A stretch of 64,000 nt of DNA from Takakia lepidozioides. Lineage: Eukaryota > Plantae > Bryophyta. Shown in pieces: positions 25,940 through 36,500 of the stretch. Positions within the stretch are counted from its first letter, which is position 1, and each line of letters starts with the position of its first letter. The stretch lies in assembly GCA_030704615.1 (NCBI GenBank), contig CM060733.1, positions 66,526,001 through 66,590,000 on the forward strand, given 5' to 3'. The notes under the pieces were generated by a model. The model worked only from the letters and a program-made list of their open reading frames with translations, did no database searches and had not been told where the DNA came from. Position numbers and translations under genes: made by a program.

Positions 25940-26600
25940 TTCCGCCTTGGTTGGTTGGAAAAAGGGTGTGCGGCGCCGCACACCCTTTCTGCCTGTTGAA
26001 AAATACCGAATTCAATGAGCAGAAAGGGTGTGCGGTGCCGCACACCGTTTTCCCAACCAACCGGGGGAATTTTTTTATTTTTTATTTTATTTTTATTTAT
26101 TTTATTTTTTTGGGGGAAAAAGTTTTTAAAAAAAATAAAAATAAAAAAGGTTTTTTTTGTTTTTTTTTTTTTTTGTTTTTTTTTTTGTTGGATAAAGGGT
26201 GTGCGGCGCTGCACATCTTTTCTGCCTGTTGAAAAACACTGATTTCAATGGGCAGAAAGGGTGTGCGGCGCCGAACACCGTTTTCCCAACCACAGGGGGA
26301 AATGTTTTACTAAAAAAAAATTGTTTTTCTTTCCCCCCTGGTTGGTTGGGAAAACGGGGTGCGGCGCCGCACACCCTTTCTGCCCATTGAAAAACACCGA
26401 ATTTGGGACCCCATCAAGCTCATGGAGAAGGTTCCATGGAGTGTTGAAGGGGGTATAGAAGAATACACAAACGGTCCGTGGGGCCGCACATCGTTGAAGC
26501 TCTCTCTGAATGTGTGCTTTGACTGGAAGGGTAGGAATGGAGGATGTTGTTTGGAGTTCACAACTATGTAGGAAAGTGGTGTGCGGCACCGCACACCATC
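25940..26600. repeat. Cluster of GTGTGCG-N4-CGCACAC palindromes between poly-T/A tracts
   Basis: Perfect 28-bp palindrome AAAGGGTGTGCGGCGCCGCACACCCTTT at 25961-88; variants near 26023, 26194, 26256, 26351 and 26577. Confidence 0.9.
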
Positions 26601-26740
26601 TCTGCAGTCCGGGTACTGACCTGTCTGTCGAAACATTGCAGGGGAAGATGTAGAGAGTGGTTGTCGAGAACCCACCTGTAGAGACAGAGGAGGTCCAGAC
26701 GGAGGACATGGAGGAAGATGTGGAGGATGCATACTACGAA

Positions 26741-26872
26741 AGGGGGGTTGCTATTCCGTGAGCCCGGAGGCGTGAGCCTGTGAGCCCAAGAGCCCGTGAG
26801 CCCAGCACAGGCTCACGCCACGTCAGCATGCATACAAAGCCTATTTCCGCGGGTGTCACCTATTACCGCGGT
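26741..26872 (+). mobile_element. Terminus of a DNA transposon (same 17-mer as 18344) with CGTGAGC subterminal repeats
   Basis: AGGGGGGTTGCTATTCC followed by several GTGAGCC/GCTCACG motifs; interrupts an acidic reading frame (EDMEEDVEDAYYE). Confidence 0.65.
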
Positions 26873-27779
26873 TGATCAGCCCTTTCCAGGGAATGCAAAC
26901 TGGATGTGTTACATCCATTGTATCCATCCTTTCTATCCATTGCATCCATTTAGACGTTATTAACATACCAAGCCCTTGCATTGGAATGTGGCTACGTCGT
27001 GAGCAGGTGCACACTCACATCATCCAAAGCGGATCCCTGTGAAATGTTTTCTTACTCACCACCCTTGCGAACATGTATGGTATGTGCGGGAGCAATATGG
27101 ATGCTCACCAGAAGAATGCCTGAACGATCTTTGATCACGTGGACTTTAACGCGATGGATTTACCAAGCATTCTTCTGGCAGGAATGGTCTGGAGACCAAG
27201 GAGCAAATGATGCGAGAATGCACTGCCCAAACCAAATACGTTTGTTTGTTTATGCAATGCACACAAGCCTGTGAGCTCCGGAAAACACCAAAGAGATTGA
27301 AGGACCAATCCGGGCACTCCATGCAACCCCCATCTCCCATGATAGTTTGTTCCCATGAATTTGCATCCCTCGCACACATTGCAAACAGGACAACAAGGAC
27401 ACACAACCATCCCATTTTATAATTGGCCCCGAATAAAAGTAAAAGAAAACTTGATATCAAGTGTCACAATCATCAGAATCAGAATTGACCTCCTATGCTA
27501 TGTCATCCACAAAGATTCCGGCCCCAATACCACGTCTTCTACCATGGCCGTCGATGGTTGGACTGCGAGTGCCATGAACGGACATGCTTGCTGCGAGTGC
27601 CTCCGCATAGACGGGTAGCATGTAAGACTGAGGAGGACTTGAAAGAAGTCCAAAAAGGTGTGATAGCCTTGGAGGGTCAGTGGAAGCATACGGACTCTTG
27701 CACAAGTCGACAAAAACCCATTTTGAATACAATGATGCAATGCACAAGTCCAACGAAGAGGATGTCTCCCATGTGTACT

Positions 27780-28760
27780 TTGCCTTAAGAACAGTGATTC
27801 CTTGTCGGACGTCTCCCCTGTATTAATATCACCGGGAAGGGGCTTCGGAAGGACTTGAGAAGTGTGTCCACCCAAACCCATCAAGAGGTTCTTGTAAATC
27901 TCGGCATCCCCTTCATTCCCGAAGAGATGTTGCGCACTGGCCTTGCAAGCGTGGTACGAAGCACCTGCAATGTAATAGAACGAAGGAAACAGACATTGAA
28001 GACTCATTTGGAACGGTGGGAAGTGCTGAAAGTGCAAGCTCAAACAAACCCAATTAAATGTGAAGGATGAAGAGACGAACTTGTGCCCATCGACAAATCC
28101 AAAACTTTGGCGTCGGTATAGGTGCAGCACTCCACAATTGTTTGAATGAAAGCCGGGCTCCTCTCCCTGGCCCCTCTCCAAGGAACCCCATTCCCCCTTC
28201 GTAAGCACACATTGTTGTCCACGTAGTTGTGGTGCATGTCATCCGTGGGAGGATTTGTCCTCTCGTCTATGAACTTGCCCCCATGAGTGATGGCGAACTC
28301 CCTAATGACGGCTGGAGTTGTAGGTGGATGCACTCGGACGAGACAAACAGCTTCAAACAGACGAGTCTGCGAACAGGACATCCACAAGGAACTAAGAAGC
28401 TTGAAAACCAGGCCCCTCCATATTCATTTGAGCGACTTATGCAATTCCATCCGAGAACCACCAAGAAGAGGAAGGGGTGCCTAGGTGCAAAAGCGAGCTG
28501 CGTTTTGTTGATTGGGAGTCCCTTCGGGTGCAGCGGGTTCAATATGTGCCAGCAGTCCTTGATGAGGGGTGAACAAACGACGGGCATGGAAACCAACCTA
28601 CACAGGGGAATCTTCAACCTCCCACCCGGGGCAAGCATACTTTGCACCACAAGCTGAAAATTTACCTTCTGACCCCCCAGCATCTCCGCGGCTTTGCTTT
28701 CATAGAACTCATCGTCCACATCAACAATGATCTCCTTTTCCTGCCTGAAAGGGTTCTCAT
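27780..28760 (-). pseudogene. Spliced gene ending in a beta-class DNA N4/N6 amino-methyltransferase-like SAM-binding domain; probably internally deleted
   Basis: Removing phase-1 intron 27965-28080 (GT..TTGCAG) gives WRGARERSPAFIQTIVECCTYTDAKVLDLSMGTSASYHACKASAQHLFGNEGDAEIY, matching motifs X, I and II of the N6_N4_Mtase family. No catalytic (D/S)PPY motif is visible. Confidence 0.6.
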
Positions 28761-31700
28761 CCTCCGGCAAGCCAAAGCGAAAGCGGAACGGCCCAAAAGA
28801 TGATGATCCCGGTGAGCCCGATGGGGGCGGCGTGTCACCGAGGCGGCCGTTTGAGGAAGCGATGCATGTTTCCAAAAACGAGGCCGCCCAAGAGCGGGAG
28901 GAATCCGAGGAGTCGGAGCCCAAGGAATCCTTGAGAGCTCCGACAAACCAAGAGATGCCTCCCATGCCGGCAGCCTTTTGGGAAGGGTTGTTGGCGCAGT
29001 TTGGCGGGACGTTGAAAGACATGTTGAAGGCGGCTAATGCCACTTCCACTAAGGCAAAGTTTAAGGTGAAGCCTAAGGAACCCGGCACCTTCGAGGGTGT
29101 CCGAAATCGGAAGGCACTCAACACCTGGCTCTTGGAGCTGGAACAGTACTTCCGGGCGGCCAAGTTGAGTGACGAGGATCGGGTGGAAGTGGCTCCCACC
29201 TATTTGAGGGGCTATGCTCAACAATGGTGGCAGAAACGCCTTCACGACCGAGGCCCAAGCCCGGAAACCTTGAACTGGAGTGGGTTCAAGGAATTGATGA
29301 AGAGACAGTTTGTGCCCCTCAACGCATCCTGGCTTGCCCGGGACAAGATGAGGAATTTGAAGCAAACAGATGACATTCGGGGGTATGTCCAGGCTTTCAA
29401 TGTGCTGTTGCTCGAAGTCGCGGACATGGCAGAACCAGAAATGGTCTTCAACTTTGTGGCGGGACTGGCCCCATGGGCCAGGCGGAAGTTGGAGGAGAAG
29501 CCACCCAAGACTTTGAACGAGGCAATTGAGAGGGCTGAATGTTTCTCGGATGTCCCTAGGGGTGAGAGACAAGGCCGTACGGAGCTGAACCACAAGAAGA
29601 CCCGGCGGGAAGGTGACTCCTTCCGACCGGAAAAGAAGTGGGATAGGCCACGCGGCGACAATGGCACGTGGAAATCGAAGGGAGGGCCTTCACACGTCAA
29701 GGCGGCACCCGATGCTTCGAAAGGAAAAGCGGGTGGAGCAACTTATGGCGGACAGAAGGCGACCTTTGATGGAGTGTGTTTCAATTGCGGGGAGCCCGGG
29801 CACATGGCCAAGAAGTGCACAAAACCTCGACAATTGAACATGACTCGAGCAACCACGGAGCTGTCGGAAGATACCATCAGTCGCTTGGTGGAAGCGGTGG
29901 TCGCCAGGACTTGCAAGGTAGGCAACTATTCTTGTGAGTTGTATCAGGAAACTGGCGCCCTGCGTAAAAGGAGTCAGTTATTGTTCGTGGATGGGATAAT
30001 ATCCGGAACTAATGTGTCGTTGTTGGTGGACACAGGAGCGTCCCACTCCTTCATGACACCGGCAACGGCACAAAAGCTGGGGCTCCCGACAAGTGACGTG
30101 GGGGCCTCTATTGAGGTGCGTTCTGCCAAAGGAGAACCACAGTTGGCGACAAGGTTGGCGTTTGATGTTCCTCTTCAACTGGGGAGTTGGGAGGGACGTG
30201 AGAGCTTCACCATCTGCGAGATCGATGGAGTAGATCTCATTTTGGGGATGACCTTTTTGAGCAAATCCGGAGCGGTCATAGATGGCCGTAAGAGAGTAGT
30301 CATGCTGCCATGTGGGAATGGTGGCGAGGTCTTACGAGTGTCGGAAACGCCCAAATCTGTGGGAGGGCGAATAAACCTTCTGTCAGCAAGGGAGTGGGCC
30401 GTGGAGGAGGCACACGAACCCCAGTTTATGCTTTACATTAGAGAAGTGAAGGGAGAAGGCGATGGGGAGCCGAGCCCAGATTGGATCAAGGGGATTTTGG
30501 AGAAATACCAGGATGTGATGCCGGAGGATTTACCAAGCGGCTTGCCACCGCGAAGAGGAGTTGACCACAAGATTGAGGTGATACCGGGAACGGAACCGCC
30601 TGCCAAGGCACCCTACCGGTTGAGCCACAGGGAGTTGGTCGAGTTGAAGACTCAGCTCAAGGATCTAATGTCAAAAGGGTACATCCGGCCGAGTAAGTCA
30701 CCTTACGGAGCCCCGGTGCTATTCGCAGACAAAAAGGATGGGACGCTGCGGATGTGTGTCGATTACAGGGCTTTGAATAAGGTGACTATTAAAAACCGGT
30801 ACCCTTTGCCAAGGATCGACGACCTTTTTGACCGGTTGGCAGGAGCGAAGTATTTCAGCCGGATCGACTTGCGCTCCGGCTATCATGAAATTCGGGTGGC
30901 GGAAGGGGATGAGGAGAAGACCGCGTGCAGGACAAGGTATGGTTCATATGAGTTCTTGGTGATGCCTTTTGGGCTCACTAATGCACCGGCGACCTTTAGC
31001 ACGCTGATGAACAGCCTTTTTCAGGAGTGGTTGGATGACTTTGTGATCGTGTACATCGACGACATCTTGGTGTACTCGAAAACAAAGGAGGAACACCTGG
31101 AGCACCTCAAAAGGGTGTTCCAAAAGTTGCGAGAAGGGAAGCTGTATGCCAAAGCTTCAAAGTGCGAATTCGGGGTCACGAAAGTGGAGTTCTTGGGGCA
31201 TGTGATTACACAGGATGGGATCAAAATGGATGACAGAAAGGTGAGGGCGATCTTGGACTGGGAGCCTCCGACTTCGGTCCCGGGAGTGCGTTCCTTCCTA
31301 GGACTCGCCTCCTATTACCGGAAGTATGTGAGAAATTTCGCCAAGATCGCGGGGCCGCTGTCGGACCTTCTGTGTAAATCTAAAGTCTGGGCATGGAACA
31401 CCTTTTGTGGCCAAGCTTTTGCTGAATTGAAGCAGCGGATGGCGGAAGCTCCAGTCTTGAAAATCCCGGAGTTCGATCGTCCGTTCGAGATACATACAGA
31501 TGCGTCGGACTTCGCGATTGGGGGTGTACTGATGCAAGATGGACGTCCAGTGGCTTACGAAAGTAAGAAACTGAATGAAGTGGAGCGACGGTGGCCGACG
31601 CACGAGAAAGAGATGAAGGCGGTGGTGCACTGTCTTGAGCTCTAGCGCCACTATGTTGGTTCCAACCCAGTGAAGGTGTTCACGGACAATGTCACGGTGA

Positions 31701-31903
31701 AGTATTTTGCCACGCAGCCCAAGTTGTCCCCAAAACAACTTAGGTGGCAAGATACTTTGGCGGTGTTCGACGTGGATATCCAGTACAAACCGGGACGAGA
31801 CAACGCGGTGGCCGATGCTTTAAGTAGAAAGCAGCAGCTCTTGTTGGTGTACAAGGGCGAGACGGCGCTCCAAAGGAAGATCCGGAAGGCTTGCCGGAAG
31901 GAT
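28727..31903 (+). pseudogene. gag-pol: Gag-PR-RT-RNaseH of the Galadriel-like element
   Basis: [14 protein letters not shown]; [10 protein letters not shown]; [38 protein letters not shown]; [16 protein letters not shown]; premature TAG at 31643 in place of TGG (LEL*RHY); DNAVADALSR. Confidence 0.93.
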
Positions 31904-32976
31904 TGTTAGAGGATTGTAGGGGACTTAGACACTTATACGGGATCTGTAGGGTACCCTTAAATTTTGCACAGACTGAGACCAACAGGAGCCTTAGGGGTGA
32001 CAGCAGCGCACTGTAGAGGGGGGTTACACAGTCGTCACAGCCCACACAGCCGTCACAGCCCACACAGCCAACACAGCCCGTCACAGTCGTCACAGTCCAC
32101 ACAGCCAACACAGCCAACACAGCCAACACAGCCCGTCACAGTCGTCACAGTTGTCACAGCCAACACAGCCAACACAGCCGACACAGTCGACACAGCCGAC
32201 ACAGCCACACAGCCGACACAGCCGACACAGCCCGGCACAGCCACACAGCCAGTCACAGCCCGACACAGCCAAACACAGTCGCACAGCCAGTCACAGCCCG
32301 TCACAGTTTCACACAGCCAGTCACAGCTTGACACAGCTATCACGATCATAGGGAACAAAGAGTAGGACAGGGAACGACTGTGGGGAACAACACCTGCGAA
32401 GGGAACATGTTAGTTCACAGACGACGGTTAGTGAGGGAAACGGTTAGAACTGCGGATAGGAAGATAAAAGGGAAAACGGGGAATGGAGGGGGATTTTTAT
32501 CATTATTCGGAGGAGGACTTCTTAGTGAGGCTGGAGCGGAGATCGGAAGCAAAGATGGAGAGCACGGTGAAGGAGGAAAGAGGATTAGTAGATGCTTGTT
32601 ATATGCAAAGCTGTAGTGATATTGTAGAGCAGATTAGAGACACAATGGCTTCGGCTTGATACCTGATAAATCATAATCTGATACTTATACGATACAATCA
32701 CACTGTGTAGAGAGATCTGAGTGAAGCTGTGGATTGAATGGATGAGTGAAGGAAACCGATAGATTGATGAAGCAAACTGATACTTAATTATCAATGGTAA
32801 GGTAGCTAAGATGAATGCGGAAAGGGAAACAAATAGGAAACACCCCCATGATACACTAGCTGTAGGTCATGACTAATTGTTCTGCGCGGGCTGAGTACTT
32901 AGAGATTTCCAACTCTTCTATCTTGGAGTTTCCGCCTCGGATAGCGAAGGGATGGATGAGTAAAAGCCGCGCGACA
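31904..32976 (+). repeat. 5' LTR (1,073 bp) with CACAG minisatellite (~32027-32340)
   Basis: TGTTAGAGG...GCGCGACA; 32423-32976 is nearly identical to 44122-44678. Confidence 0.95.
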
Positions 32977-33564
32977 TTTGGCGACCATACTGGGGAACTG
33001 GGACATGAACAACCAGATGTGACAGGCATCTGGTGGGATCATGGTGGTTGGACCATTAAAGAATTTGAAGTGAATCAAATTCCCTGTGGAACGAAGGAAG
33101 AAAGATTGTCCAAACAATTCTTTCAAAGGTTCTTGGAATTGCCAGACGGTTGTAAAGAAAATATTCTGAAACGAGTGCATGATGCTGATCCAGAATGGGG
33201 TCTGGAGAAAGGAGTGATAAAGATTTATCAGGTAGCCTGTAGAGGAAGAGCACGTTGGTTACCAACATTGGTTTATGTGATAGCATTGCTATCCATTAAA
33301 CGAGTAGAGTTTGAAGGCTGGGAAGAAAGAAAGGTGAATGTTTATACTCATATGCATGAAGAGCTTGTACTGGTAAAGAATTGGATTCCAAAGGATATTT
33401 TGTGGATCAAACTCACACCAAGAACAGCTTTTCAGACTTGTTTGCCGTATGGTTATATGGTAACGGAGACTTCAAGTATAGCCAAGGGTGCATTGAAGCT
33501 TGAAAGAAACCCAGGCATATACGATAGATATTACAGAAGAGAGTTTTGGTTATTGCCACATTAA
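32869..33564 (+). CDS. ORF0 upstream of gag, starting inside the LTR; unknown function, weak F-box-like motif
   Basis: 231-aa open frame across U5 and the PBS; FLELPDGCKENILKRV at 33130-33177. Confidence 0.55.
   Translation: MTNCSARAEYLEISNSSILEFPPRIAKGWMSKSRATFGDHTGELGHEQPDVTGIWWDHGGWTIKEFEVNQIPCGTKEERLSKQFFQRFLELPDGCKENILKRVHDADPEWGLEKGVIKIYQVACRGRARWLPTLVYVIALLSIKRVEFEGWEERKVNVYTHMHEELVLVKNWIPKDILWIKLTPRTAFQTCLPYGYMVTETSSIAKGALKLERNPGIYDRYYRREFWLLPH
32979..32996 (+). promoter_or_regulatory. Primer-binding site, probably tRNA-Arg type
   Basis: TGGCGACCATACTGGGGA 2 nt after the LTR; resembles Ogre/Tat Arg-type PBS. tRNA identity is inferred. Confidence 0.75.
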
Positions 33565-33585
33565 AAGAAATGAAAGACATGGGAC

Positions 33586-36500
33586 ATGAGTGATGAAAGA
33601 GAAGCTAGACGACAGAGATATTCAGCAAAAAGAGAAAGCTATCTGAAAGCTAATTATCCATATCTTTGGGAGAGAGGAATAGACATAGGGGAATCATCTG
33701 GACCTCTCACACCATCAAGATCAAAGAGTGCATCACCTATACCGGAAGAACTAGAGTTGGATGTCACTCCTTCTGTTTCTTTGCAAGAAAGATTAAGGGA
33801 ATTGGTACAGGAAGAAGATCAATCACGAGGTGAAAGATCTGAGGTACATCCTTGGATAAAAGACTTGACAGAAATCTTTGATAAGAGTTGGCATGGAACA
33901 CCAAAAGCAGGAACTCCAGTTTCTGAAGCAGAAGATGAAGAAAGAGAAGAGGATGTGGAAGAGCCAACGGAGAGTTCAGACTCTCCAACACCATTACAGT
34001 TGAGTTACATGAGTGAAGAAGAAACCCAAGGGCAGAACTTGGAGGATGAAAACAGAGAGAAGAAATAGAAGAGGAAGAATATGAAGAAGTAGACCCAACA
34101 GCTGAGGTTGAGACTACAACCAGGACATCCCAACCCGTTGGACCTGGATCAAGTGGAGCACTTGGATCACAGGCCAACGAAGGTGTCGGCTCAGGGGGAT
34201 CAGGCGGGCTGCCTGGATCTGGCTCTGGGGGGACAGGGAGTGTGGGAAGTAGTGCAACTGAAGCTGGGAATACTGTGAATATCGTGGGGCCAGAAGCAAG
34301 GAGTGCTCAAGGGCCACCACTTGGTGGAAGATCCACCACAAAAACAACAGGTCCAGAAGGACCAGCACCAGCAAGGGTGCCAGCACCTGTCAGTGGGCAG
34401 AAGGTAGGGCCAAGGATGGCGTTACAACCAACACGGGCAAAACCACCCTTTCCAATATATTCAGGAAAAGGGGATCCCGATGTACACATTAGCCAATTTG
34501 AGCACATGTGTATAGTGAACAATGAGAATGGCGATGATGCCAAGATGAGACTGTTTCCTTGTTCACTTATCAAGAAAGCAAGTGAATGGTATGCAAGATT
34601 CCCTGATAATCATTTCCTAACCTGGAATGGCTTGAATACAACATTTCGAAATAGGTTCAGGACAAGTAAAACTGAGGATGAAGTGTATGGAAGTTTACAA
34701 CAGCTGAAGCAGAAGAAGCATGAAACTGTTGAAGAGTATATGGAGAAGATGGAATTGATGATGAAAAAGCTGGCTGCAGTACCAGCGCCCGGTTTACAGA
34801 AGACTTGGTTTGTGAGTGGATTAAGACCAGAGTTGCAAAAGAAAGTGGATATGTTACCCCATAACACAGTGGAGGAGGCATTTGAAACTGCGAACAGAAT
34901 TGAGCAATTGGGAATGCTCAGGAGAGAGAAAAAAGAAGATGAGGACTCTGAGGATGAGTCAGATGAAGAAGAAGAGCAAGAACTAAAAAGAAAGAGTAAG
35001 AGAAAGGAGAAGTTGAAGAGGGATAACTATGAAAAAAATTGGAAGAAATCTTGAAGAAGTATGCCACAGAGGCTGCAACACATTGGAGGAAGGGTGTATG
35101 GTGTGCAAAGTGCCAGAATGAAGGCCATACCACCACAGAATGCCACATGAAGGAGAAACACTGTACTATCTGTAAAATGGATAACCATTCTACTGAGAAT
35201 TGTTACTACAACAGAAGGACAGCTGCAAGAGAACCTAGGCAAGTAAGGGTGCATCAGGTGCAGCCCCAGCCAAGAAGAAACAATGATCAGGACCACTATG
35301 GTAGGTCTGGTGGTTATAACAATGGCATGGAAGGGAGAGGTAATTCAAGAGGGAATTACCAAGGAAATTCCAGAGGCAACTATCAGGGTAATCCAAGGGG
35401 GAATTACCAGCCCGGGAATCAGGATTATAGAAATAATCCAAGAACAGACCAAGGGCGAGGACCCAATGGTGAAGAGCTATGTTACTATTGTAATCAGCCA
35501 GGACATCGCAAGGCAGCCTGTTCATTCTGGATAAGACACCAGAATGAGATGAGAGCTCCTGTGAATGAGGGCCCAGTGGTGGCAGCTCACATGGTTAGGC
35601 CATGTGTTGTACCAGAAGTAAGTACAATGATAGTAACAAGAAGTAAAGCCAAACTAATACCTCCAGTAGAAGAGGAAGAAGATGAGACTGGAAGTGGCAA
35701 TGATATGCCTGAAGATGAAGAGACTTGGAAAGATGAGAAGGAACTGCACAAGGAAGTGGCAGATACTATAAGGGAAATGCAAAAGAGTACTGATATTCCT
35801 GTGGCAGATTCCTCTGATTCGGATGGAGAAAAAGAAGGGAGTGAGGAAGAAAGGAAAAAAGAAGATGCAGACATGCAAAGTAATGAAGAGACTTTGGCTG
35901 CTGTAATATGTCAGACCAAAGCAGAAATTACCATTGGACAGCTATTAGCTGTGGCACCTTATTGTAGGCACAGGCTGTATCAAGCAATCAATCGAATTGC
36001 CCAAGAGACAGGAAACACAGACCTGAACAGCAAGGTGACCAGTTATAATGTGAAGCCGGAAGGGCGAGAACCAGTCATGGACTTTGATGATTCTATGCCA
36101 GTAATCCAATTGAGAATTGGAAGCACAGAACTAACTGATGTACTGATAGATGGTGGTTCTGGAGTAAATATCATGACAGACCAATTAAGGAAGAAGCTTG
36201 GTCTAAGTAACATGAAACCAGCCCCATTTACAGTAACAATGGCAGATCAAAGAAGTGTGCAGCCATTGGGATTAATAAGAGGAGTTAAGATACAGATACA
36301 GAAAATGATCTTTATGATCACAGTAACTGTATTAAAAATGGATGAAGTCATGGAGGCTTACTCCTTATTATTGGGACGTCCGTGGCTGAAACAGGCCAGG
36401 GTATTCCATGACTGGAATTCTCAGTTACTAACCGTGCATAATGGGATACACGAGATACAAATTACCACAAAGAAATCTAGTAGATTACCTGCTACAAGAA

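Noticed and set aside
28267-29199. 310-aa minus ORF as one gene
   Set aside because: A chimera across a deletion junction: antisense of gag joined to the MTase-like gene fragment.
31740-32365. TQP/CVG-repeat ORFs on both strands
   Set aside because: By-products of the CACAG minisatellite in the LTR.
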